From an uncultured Lachnospiraceae bacterium (GTDB taxonomy: Bacteria; Bacillota; Clostridia; Lachnospirales; Lachnospiraceae), in assembly GCA_944381535.1 (NCBI GenBank), contig CALWLN010000214.1, forward strand, positions 40,242 through 104,241: a stretch of DNA of 64,000 nucleotides. The letters are read 5' to 3'. Under the pieces are notes generated by a model. That model saw only the letters and a program-made list of their open reading frames with translations, was not told the DNA's origin and ran no database searches. Both the position numbers and the translations under genes were made by a program. Of the stretch, positions 25,845 through 33,834 are shown one piece after another (position 1 is the first letter of the stretch; every line of letters starts with the position of its first letter).

Positions 25845-27428
25845 ATGGAATGGAATGCGGGTATATGGTCCATTATACCACCCATCATCGCCATTGTTCT
25901 GGCGCTGATCACCAAAGAGGTTGTTTTTTCCCTGATTTTGGGTATTTTTTCCGGAACGGTCATCTACTCGCTTTTAACCGGCATGGGCTTTATCAGCTTT
26001 TTTGACGTGCTGATGGAACTGATGATAGGAAAACTGGGAGAAAATTCCAGTATGATCATTTTTCTGTGCCTTCTGGGGATTTTAGTGGCTCTGGTCACCC
26101 GAGCAGGTGGCTCCAGGGCCTACGGGGAATGGGCTTCCGCAAAATTAAAAAGTAAACGTTCCGCCTCCCTGGCCACCTCGATTCTGGGCGTTATGATTTT
26201 CATTGACGACTATTTCAACTGCCTGACCGTAGGCACCGTCATGAAACCGGTCACCGACAAATTTAAAATGTCCCGGGAAAAGCTGGCCTACATCATCGAT
26301 GCCACAGCGGCCCCGGTGTGTATCATCGCTCCCATTTCCTCCTGGGCGGCAGCCGTCATCTCCTACTATCCGGCGCACAGCGGAAGCGGCATGACCGCCT
26401 TCTTAAAATCCGTGCCCATGAATCTGTATGCCGTGCTGACCATCTTCATGGTTATCTGGGTGTCCGTCCGGAAAAATGCCGACTACGGTCCTATGTTAAA
26501 GGCAGAACGGCGGGCTATGACCACTGGGGAGCTTGGAGCCATTGACAACACCGAAGCGGAAGAGGAACTGAGCAAACACACCAAACGGGACGGCAAGGGC
26601 CGGGTTTCCGATTTGGTAGTTCCCATTCTGCTGCTGATTGTCCTGTCCATGCTCTCCATGGTGTATGTGGGCGGCTTTTGGAACGGGGAAGGTCTGTCCC
26701 TGTTTGAGGCCTTTGGAAATACAGAAGCCGGATATGCCCTGGCTCTGGGCGCCTTTGGGGCTTTGGCACTGACCTTTGTTTACTATCTTGCGCGAAAAAC
26801 CCTGAGCTTCAAGGAATTTTTCAGCTGCATCAACAGCGGCGTGTCCTCCATGGTTCCTGCCTGCGTCATTCTGACCCTTGCCTGGTCCATCAGCGGAATC
26901 TGCCGAGACTACTTAAACACCGGGGGATTTGTGGCGGAATTTGTGCAGACCTCGGGCATTCCCGTGCAGCTTCTGGCACCCATTATCTTCCTGATCGCCT
27001 GCCTTCTGTCCTTCGCAACGGGTACCTCCTGGGGAACCTTTGGCATCCTCATTCCCATTGTGATTGCCATTACGGAGATTGCGGCCCCGGAGCTTACGAT
27101 CACCTGTCTGTCCGCAACCCTGGCCGGCTCCGTATTCGGAGACCACTGTTCTCCCATCTCCGACACAACGATTCTGGCCTCCGCCGGGGCAAGCTGCAAC
27201 CATCTGGCCCATGTGGGGACCCAGGCCCCCTACGCCGTAACGGTGGCAGTCTGCTGCTTTATCGGATACATAGTAGCCGGCTTCACTGCGGGACTGGGCT
27301 TGGCTCTCAGTACCATAATTACGCTTGGGACGGCTCTGTTATTGCTGATCGGCGCGCTTCTGGTGCTGCCGAAGGTGATAAGCGAGAAGGGCTTTACGCT
27401 TAAGAAAAAGATTCCACTGCTGAAATAG
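25845..27428 (+). CDS. NhaC family transporter, paralog 2
   Basis: It is collinear with paralog 1 and shares long identical blocks. Start set at 25845 (MEWNAGIWSIIPP) behind the same GGAGGG-N6 RBS. The 46-codon extension in the ORF track has no support. Confidence 0.8.
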   Translation: MEWNAGIWSIIPPIIAIVLALITKEVVFSLILGIFSGTVIYSLLTGMGFISFFDVLMELMIGKLGENSSMIIFLCLLGILVALVTRAGGSRAYGEWASAKLKSKRSASLATSILGVMIFIDDYFNCLTVGTVMKPVTDKFKMSREKLAYIIDATAAPVCIIAPISSWAAAVISYYPAHSGSGMTAFLKSVPMNLYAVLTIFMVIWVSVRKNADYGPMLKAERRAMTTGELGAIDNTEAEEELSKHTKRDGKGRVSDLVVPILLLIVLSMLSMVYVGGFWNGEGLSLFEAFGNTEAGYALALGAFGALALTFVYYLARKTLSFKEFFSCINSGVSSMVPACVILTLAWSISGICRDYLNTGGFVAEFVQTSGIPVQLLAPIIFLIACLLSFATGTSWGTFGILIPIVIAITEIAAPELTITCLSATLAGSVFGDHCSPISDTTILASAGASCNHLAHVGTQAPYAVTVAVCCFIGYIVAGFTAGLGLALSTIITLGTALLLLIGALLVLPKVISEKGFTLKKKIPLLK

Positions 27429-27460
27429 CCAATATGTACTGGTAAAAGACGCGCGCAAAG

Positions 27461-27497
27461 GCCGGCTTCTGAACACCCGCAGAAGCCGGTTTTTTGT
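27461..27497 (+). terminator. Terminator between the convergent nhaC-2 and GLUG genes
   Basis: A 10-bp stem, CCGGCTTCTG...CAGAAGCCGG, followed by T6 on the plus strand. It also lies just 3' of the minus-strand gene, but that side has a poor U-tract. Confidence 0.7.
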
Positions 27498-27498
27498 A

Positions 27499-30138
27499 TT
27501 ATTGTTTGTCTGTATACGCAATGGCGTAGGTAGAAAATCTGTCCGTCTGGAACGTAAGTGTATTGTCCGCGTTCATGGTCGTATCAAGTCTTTCGGCAAC
27601 GCCGTCATGTACCCGTACAATATAAAACTCTCTGTTTTCCCTTATCATATCGTCAGGAATTGCCACCGTAAACGTCATCATTTCTGATATACGGCGGATG
27701 TTGCCCAGCACCTTCTCGCTTCCGTCCCGGGAAACGCTCTTGATAACAATAGACAGGTCAAAATATTCAATCCCATCCGCAGTGGGCACGGAGTTTTCCA
27801 CAAGCTCCCGCTCTGCGTCATCTATGCTGACATTGTTATCAAACACCACTTCCGTAGTAATATCCTCATTGTTCTCGACAGCCGTCACAATACTTTCCGC
27901 AACATCCTCGGACACAGATGATACCGCTTCGCCCTTCAGGGCACTGTCTATCAGACTGGTTACTTCACTGTTAATAACACTGTTGCTGCCGCTGTCTATG
28001 CCCACCTGAATCTCTTCCACGGGTTCCTCGGGATTAATGACCGGTACCTTCGTGATAATGGCACCGCGCATACCGCAGTTTTCGCATATGTAATAATCAC
28101 CATTCCCCTCCGGCAGTACAAAATGATGTCCCGTCGCGCTACCCTCATCCGTCAACGTATGGGTCTGGTCGCAGTCATCGCACTTTGCCGTCTTTGTTCC
28201 GTCCCCGGTACATGTGGCATTGTGATCGGACACATAGTTTGTAAAGCTGTGATCTTCCCGGGTAGTTGTGGCTGTACAGCTCTCGTTAGCGCATGCGTAC
28301 CAGTGTCCATCTGCGTTGTACTGGCGGACCGTAAAGGCATGCTCCGGTTTTTCAACGAAAACTTTCGTAGAATCGTTGCTATACGAAACGTCCGTCGAGT
28401 AACAAAATTCATACCCTTCATAGACCGCCGCGCCACCGAGAACAGGCGCACTTTCCGTGCCGATGGTCTGTCCCCATGCACCGGAACTGCTTTCCCCGTT
28501 TAACAGCCATGCCACTTCGCCGGAGGCGAACTGCTCTGCTGTCCTGCCGCCATCGTTATTTTCGCTGTCGTTAACGTAATATGTGTTTTCAACTGTGTAA
28601 GAATTAATACGGTTACCTACTATGGGATGGGCGGTGGATGTGTATGGAGGCTGTGCCTCAACACTGCCCGTGCTGTAGCAGTTTTTCACAGTTCCCCCAT
28701 CTAACTGCCCACAGATTCCACCGATATACCAGTATCCGCTTATGTCGCCCGTATTATAGCAGTCGGATATCATACTTCCCGTTGTTGCATATCCGGCAAT
28801 ACCGCCTATAGCATAGCCATATACAGACGAAACAGTGCCTGTGTTGTAACACCGTTCAATCGTCCCATTGTTCTGCCCGGCAATGCCGCCTGCATACATA
28901 GATACAGCGCTGATTTCACCGCCGATGTTATAACAGTCTTTTATTCTGCCGTAATTCGTTCCGCAGATAGCACCCGCATATCCCGAGTCCGGTTTCACGC
29001 TTGCATTTATCATGCCCAGATCTTTCACAACACCGTCATTCCCGATGGTTTTAAATAAGCCCTCATTATTAAACACGCCTGCCATACTATCGCTTTTTGC
29101 GCTTAAATTTGAAATCGTATAGTCTTGCCCGTCAAACGTTCCCTGATAGGGGCTGCCGTATGTGCCAACGCCCATGGCCTTCCAGTTCATCCCTTCCGGC
29201 ATGGTAATATTGCTGACCAGTCGCGCGTTTAAAGCGGTGTTATCCTCACTCTCCGCCAGCTTCTGCGCAAACCAGTACAGATTACCGGCGTTTGCTATCT
29301 CATAATACCCGTCAACCAATTGTGCCGGCTGATAATGCTCCTTATCTTCCGAAATACCGTTATCGTCATAAACAAGGGGTTGGACCTTGATATATCTGTA
29401 ATAATCCCAGGAGCTTTCCTCATACGCCCGAATTTCTTCCCAGCTATTTAAGATTGCCGTAGCGGAATATCCCTCATAACCGCTGAAATCCGGCTTACTA
29501 TTGGTTGCCCAACGATAGTAGTCGCCATTTGATGCTGATGTTGCGTTGAGCTCTACCATACCGCCGTTGATTTTAAAGTAACGTTCAGGGAGCGTGCTGC
29601 CATAAGAGCCATCCACATAGACAGCGTAACTGGAGCTGCCGCCTGTGGCGGTGACTGTAATGGTGCCGCTATTAATTACCACACCAGCCTCATTTGCCGT
29701 ATACCCTGTCGCAATCGCCCATGTTTCCCCACCGGAAGAACTTGCAGAGACATTGAGCAATCCGCTGCCACTGATGGTAATAATGCCGTTTGCGTAAATT
29801 CCGGCGGTAATACCTGTGTTCTCCACGTTTATGCTATTGTCCCCATTTAATACTATATTAAGGTTTCCCTCAGCGGAGATACCGGCGGAAACAGCCAGTC
29901 TTTCATAGCTCTTTGTAATACTTGCGCCGGAAAGCGTAAGCGTCTGTGTCTCCGCGTTATAGCTTGCCGTATCGTTTCCAAGTATATTCCCGGCGTTACC
30001 CGCCGTGACTTCAATTCCGTCAACCCATAAGCCATAGGAATCGTCCGCAAAAACAGTAACAGAGAACGATATAATCATAAGTACACAGGACAATATAACT
30101 GCCAATGCATTACGAAGTACTCTTTCTTTCATTGCCAT
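27499..30138 (-). CDS. Large secreted GLUG-motif repeat protein (putative surface/adhesin-like)
   Basis: Signal peptide MAMKERVLRNALAVILSCVLMIISFSVTVFA. At least four GLUG-type repeats are present (GAICGTNYGRIKDCYNIG, GGIAGQNNGTIERCYNTG, GGIAGYATTGSMISDCYNTG, GGICGQLDGGTVKNCYSTG). A Cys-rich segment and an acidic C-terminal domain follow. There is no LPXTG motif and no C-terminal TM helix. Confidence 0.75.
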   Translation of the reverse strand: MAMKERVLRNALAVILSCVLMIISFSVTVFADDSYGLWVDGIEVTAGNAGNILGNDTASYNAETQTLTLSGASITKSYERLAVSAGISAEGNLNIVLNGDNSINVENTGITAGIYANGIITISGSGLLNVSASSSGGETWAIATGYTANEAGVVINSGTITVTATGGSSSYAVYVDGSYGSTLPERYFKINGGMVELNATSASNGDYYRWATNSKPDFSGYEGYSATAILNSWEEIRAYEESSWDYYRYIKVQPLVYDDNGISEDKEHYQPAQLVDGYYEIANAGNLYWFAQKLAESEDNTALNARLVSNITMPEGMNWKAMGVGTYGSPYQGTFDGQDYTISNLSAKSDSMAGVFNNEGLFKTIGNDGVVKDLGMINASVKPDSGYAGAICGTNYGRIKDCYNIGGEISAVSMYAGGIAGQNNGTIERCYNTGTVSSVYGYAIGGIAGYATTGSMISDCYNTGDISGYWYIGGICGQLDGGTVKNCYSTGSVEAQPPYTSTAHPIVGNRINSYTVENTYYVNDSENNDGGRTAEQFASGEVAWLLNGESSSGAWGQTIGTESAPVLGGAAVYEGYEFCYSTDVSYSNDSTKVFVEKPEHAFTVRQYNADGHWYACANESCTATTTREDHSFTNYVSDHNATCTGDGTKTAKCDDCDQTHTLTDEGSATGHHFVLPEGNGDYYICENCGMRGAIITKVPVINPEEPVEEIQVGIDSGSNSVINSEVTSLIDSALKGEAVSSVSEDVAESIVTAVENNEDITTEVVFDNNVSIDDAERELVENSVPTADGIEYFDLSIVIKSVSRDGSEKVLGNIRRISEMMTFTVAIPDDMIRENREFYIVRVHDGVAERLDTTMNADNTLTFQTDRFSTYAIAYTDKQ

Positions 30139-30243
30139 TTTATCCTCCTCTTAAGATTTTATTTTCTATGATAACATTACACTGTTCGTGATATGATTTC
30201 TTATCGACCTCCTTCTGATATTATTATTGTTTTATGGAACTAC

Positions 30244-30297
30244 AAAAAAGCCCCATGCGGCAAAACCGCGGACAGAACACGTCTGTCAACTTTGGGG
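30244..30297 (-). terminator. Structured element closed by CCCCA/UGGGG and followed by U6, in the GLUG gene upstream region
   Basis: RNA: CCCCAAAGUU-GACAGACGUGUUCUGUC-CGCGGUUUUGCCGC-AUGGGG-CUUUUUU. Two inner hairpins are enclosed by an outer stem. Confidence 0.5.
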
Positions 30298-30380
30298 TAC
30301 CCGGCTGCGCCCGCTGCGGAAAACGCGTCAAACCGGTACATAATTTGTCTACCACGAAAGCAACGGGCGGGCAGTGTTTT

Positions 30381-30412
30381 TGCGTGAATGGTTATTTTTT
30401 CTGCGTGAAATG
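30381..30412 (-). promoter_or_regulatory. Candidate LytTR-regulator binding site (imperfect direct repeat with 22-nt period)
   Basis: The minus strand reads CATTTCACGCA-gaaaaaataac-CATTCACGCA. Spacing of about two helical turns is characteristic of LytTR (AgrA-type) sites. It lies between the regulator stop and the GLUG gene. Confidence 0.45.
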
Positions 30413-30459
30413 CAGATTTCATGATTTTTTATTTCATAGAGATAAATCGAGAAACTGAT

Positions 30460-31176
30460 TTAGAAAATATAATTCATATATGCTTCCTTCAGCCTGGAAT
30501 ATACCTTCCGTGAAACCGGTATCCTCCTGCCATCTGTCATGATAAGGTCTGTGGCGGTCAGACCGTTGACATATTTCAGGTTCACAATATACGCTCTGTG
30601 CGGCGCAAAGAAGCAGGAAAATTCTCCCAGCTGTTCGTAGATCGAAGCCAGGGTAGCAGAGGTTTCCAGCGTACGGCCGTCGGCAATGGTGAAGACCCGT
30701 CTGTGGTTGAAGCTCTCCACCGCTACAATATCCCTTATATGCACTCTGTAAATGCCGACCTTGGTCTTGACATGGACGGCAGGATTTTCCTCCGGCGCGC
30801 GATTGCGAACGCAGAACATCAATTCCTTTTCAAAGTCATTTTTCTCCACCGGTTTAACCAGGTAGCCCGTTGCCTTTACACTGAAGGCCTCCACCGCATA
30901 TTCCTTCGAGACGGTCAGAAACAGAATCTGGGCTTTTTCTTCCCGCCGGCGTATCCTTCGTGCCGTCTCTATGCCGTTTAAACGCGGCATTACCATATCT
31001 AACAAATAAATATCGTATCCGCCCCTCTCTTCTACCGCCTCAAGGAGATCGTAGGAAGAAGAAAAGGCTTCTACCTCCATAGGAATATCCGGATGTCTTT
31101 CCGAAAACCATGCCGCGTATTCCTGAATCTTCTGCAAATCCTCCTGCCTGTCATCACAGACGCCAATGCGTATCAA
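30460..31176 (-). CDS. LytR/AlgR (LytTR DNA-binding) family response regulator
   Basis: Receiver domain (CDD...DIYLLDMVMP...K) plus a C-terminal LytTR domain (FFAPHRAYIVNLKYV). The start is uncertain: TTG at 31176, placed 8 nt after AAGGAGGTGA, or GTG at 31185. Confidence 0.85.
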   Translation of the reverse strand: MIRIGVCDDRQEDLQKIQEYAAWFSERHPDIPMEVEAFSSSYDLLEAVEERGGYDIYLLDMVMPRLNGIETARRIRRREEKAQILFLTVSKEYAVEAFSVKATGYLVKPVEKNDFEKELMFCVRNRAPEENPAVHVKTKVGIYRVHIRDIVAVESFNHRRVFTIADGRTLETSATLASIYEQLGEFSCFFAPHRAYIVNLKYVNGLTATDLIMTDGRRIPVSRKVYSRLKEAYMNYIF

Positions 31177-31224
31177 CAGCCTCACCTCCTTCTGTGCCGG
31201 AGCTTTTCAAATTCATCGTTTCTT

Positions 31225-33756
31225 TTAGCCCAATATGGAAGGCCGGATCAGGATCTCCTCCAGCACGCCTGTCTCAATGACAAATTCCGGCATTCCCATG
31301 CTGCCCGGCGCCACTTCATATTCATCAAATACGATTACCAGCATGTCGCTGTCATTGATATAAAAATTCTGATCACTCTCGATTTCCGTAAAGCACTCGT
31401 CATCAGACCATATGCCGCCGGGTATGAAATAATCGGCTTCACCGGCCTGCGCCTGCTCAGTCATCTGCCTTAGGATATCGCCGCTTATGACGCCGATATA
31501 ATCGCTGTCCCCCAGAAACAGGTCCTTAAGCTCCAACACCTGTCCAGTCTCCTTGTCCAGAGTAAAGCTGCGGCTGTACTGCGCCGACCCGCCCACATTG
31601 AGGGTGGTATAAAAACGGACGGACAGCAGCCTGTCATCGTTGCGCAGAATGTCATAGGCGGTATCCATTCCCACATACCCTTCATACTTGCGGGCCACAT
31701 ACCAGTCGAACTTGTCCCGCATCTGCTCTATATATTCTTCCATTTCACGATTCATATCATTCACACCGTCAGAGAGTTCCTCCTCCGGGTCCGTAGAAGT
31801 CTCCGAGCCGGATTCCTCGGTCTCAGACGTCCCCGTACCCTCTTCTCCCGACATCCCGGCGGTGTCAGGCTGGCTGACAACGTCTGATTCCGAAATGACC
31901 GGTATGGACGGCTCGGTAATCGAAATCTGCGGGGCCTGTTGCGGAACAGAAACCTGCGGGTCTTGCTCTGTCAACTCCTGGTTCTCCGCAATATTCCCGG
32001 CAGACTCCTCCGCCGGTTCCTCAACAACTTCGCCGACAGGCTTCTCAACAGGCTTTTCCACAGGCTCCTCTTCTGCCTGATTCTGTCTGTGGATTTCATC
32101 GGCCACAGACCCTCCCACCGCAGCAAAAACAGGGAGAACCGCTTGAAAGGACGTATCTCCCCATTGGGTGTTGTAAGAGCGAAGCTCAACAAGGCGAATC
32201 AGCGCGCCAACCCCCGGGACATTTGCCAATACGGAAGCCGCCGGCATACAGTTGACGGCAGTGAAAAACACCAGAACCAAAAGCACACCAGAAAAAAGGC
32301 CTTTCTTTGAGGCTTTTCCCATCTTCGTATCTCTTACATCCCCCAGGGCATTTTTTACAGGGATTCCTGCAGATTTGAAGGTGGCCGAAGCGCCTCCTTT
32401 GACAGATGCCCCGGTTTTCACCCGCGCTCCTGATTTTGCCGGCGCTTCCGAATGAAACATCACGGCTTTCAAGCTGAAGATCCCGTCTTTGTACTCGCAG
32501 CGGAGCATACCGTTATATTTCCTGATTATATTATCAACGCTCCTCAGCCCTATGCCATGCCCCTCTCTTGGGGCAACTACCGGCATCCCTTCCGCATCAA
32601 AAGCTACCGGCTCAGCGCATGGATTTTCCACCGATATGACGATTTTCTGTTCGTCTGTCAACTCAGCCGCCAGATGGATCTTCCGTTTTTCTGTGTCGTC
32701 AAACTTGAGGCAGGCGTTTACCGCATTTTCCAGCGCATTAGCCAGCACCGCGCAAATATCCAGTTCATCGAAAGGCACCTCCTGAGGCAGATATATCTTC
32801 GCCGCAACATCACATCCTGATTTTTCAGCCTGATCGATATAGGCGTTCAGCACGGCGTTCACCGTAAGGTTGGCGCAATAAAATTTCTTTTCCGTATCGT
32901 TAAGCTGTCCATTGAGTTTTTCAATATAGCGGACCATGTCTTTGGTGTCACCCTGCCTGGCCAGATTCTCCAGCACCTGAAGGTGATGCCGCATATCATG
33001 CCGGTAGGTCCTGCCCAGCTCCATCTTTTTGCGGACATCCTCGTATTCCTGCCGCTGTGTCTCCATCTGAGCAGAAAACACCTGTTCCGACTCTTCCAGT
33101 CTGGCAATGGCCCAGGCAGATGTCAGGACTCTGATCGTCACCAGAAATACGGCACATGCCGTCAAAAGCAGCAACAGGATCAAAGTTTCGTCCGTGGTGC
33201 TGTCACTGATATAGGAAAACAGAAGAAATACCATAAGCACCGGAAAGCTGATCAAAAGCCAGTTCGTATGGTTCTGCAATACATACGTTTGAAACGGCCC
33301 GCAAAGGAAGCGGAACGTCATATATAAGATGATTCCCGCCGAGACAAGCAGGCATCCGGTTACCGCCCCATCCAGAGCCAAAGCCGTCATGCCGGAAAGA
33401 GCTCCCAGCCTCTGCACAAGTATTTTCCATATCATTTTGAGAACAAAATGTACGACCATACCTACCGTCCAGACAGCTACCGTGCGGAAAAACCCCGAAT
33501 CTGACAGTATATGCAGGCAGATTATAGCCGGCACATACGCTGTCAGCGGCATCAAGGTCAGCACAAGCGTAGCGTCCTGCCCTGAAAGGAGCAGAACCGC
33601 CTGAAGCAGCAGGACTGCCGCCACCGTACCTCCTGCCGCCAGCAGGCTGACAGCTCTGGAAAATCTCAATCTGACCAGCCCGCCGCATACTATTATAAAT
33701 GTGATAAAAATAATTCCTTCCCAGAGAAATTTATCCCATTCAGCGCCAAAAAACAT
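31225..33756 (-). CDS. AgrC/HPK10-type GHKL sensor histidine kinase fused in-frame to a TM-anchored RsiV/PdaC-like (DUF4163+DUF3298) module
   Basis: Residues about 1-215 form about 6 TM helices. The H-box is YRHDMRHHLQVL, the N-box LANALENAVNAC and the G-box GHGIGLRSV, ending at AVMFHSE (about nt 32450). An in-frame linker follows, then an internal MGKASKKGLFSGVLLVLVFFTAV TM helix (ATG at 32322), a Pro/Glu-rich spacer, and an RsiV-like domain (LLSVRFYTTLNVGGSAQYSRSFTLDKETGQVLELKDLF...VIVFDEYEVAPGSMGMPEF). Confidence 0.7.
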   Translation of the reverse strand: MFFGAEWDKFLWEGIIFITFIIVCGGLVRLRFSRAVSLLAAGGTVAAVLLLQAVLLLSGQDATLVLTLMPLTAYVPAIICLHILSDSGFFRTVAVWTVGMVVHFVLKMIWKILVQRLGALSGMTALALDGAVTGCLLVSAGIILYMTFRFLCGPFQTYVLQNHTNWLLISFPVLMVFLLFSYISDSTTDETLILLLLLTACAVFLVTIRVLTSAWAIARLEESEQVFSAQMETQRQEYEDVRKKMELGRTYRHDMRHHLQVLENLARQGDTKDMVRYIEKLNGQLNDTEKKFYCANLTVNAVLNAYIDQAEKSGCDVAAKIYLPQEVPFDELDICAVLANALENAVNACLKFDDTEKRKIHLAAELTDEQKIVISVENPCAEPVAFDAEGMPVVAPREGHGIGLRSVDNIIRKYNGMLRCEYKDGIFSLKAVMFHSEAPAKSGARVKTGASVKGGASATFKSAGIPVKNALGDVRDTKMGKASKKGLFSGVLLVLVFFTAVNCMPAASVLANVPGVGALIRLVELRSYNTQWGDTSFQAVLPVFAAVGGSVADEIHRQNQAEEEPVEKPVEKPVGEVVEEPAEESAGNIAENQELTEQDPQVSVPQQAPQISITEPSIPVISESDVVSQPDTAGMSGEEGTGTSETEESGSETSTDPEEELSDGVNDMNREMEEYIEQMRDKFDWYVARKYEGYVGMDTAYDILRNDDRLLSVRFYTTLNVGGSAQYSRSFTLDKETGQVLELKDLFLGDSDYIGVISGDILRQMTEQAQAGEADYFIPGGIWSDDECFTEIESDQNFYINDSDMLVIVFDEYEVAPGSMGMPEFVIETGVLEEILIRPSILG

Positions 33757-33834
33757 GTCGGTTCCCTCTTACTCGTTACGATAATAACTGCTATAGGTAT
33801 TCTACCATGTCTATGTCCTCGTTTCAACTGTGGA

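Noticed and set aside
30240-30422. 60-aa minus-strand ORF (and a 64-aa plus-strand ORF at 30193-30387) in the regulator-GLUG intergenic region, considered as a possible AgrD-like pre-peptide
   Set aside because: It has no RBS and runs through the direct repeats and the terminator-like structure. The sequence has no AgrD-like amphipathic leader or Cys-containing core arrangement.
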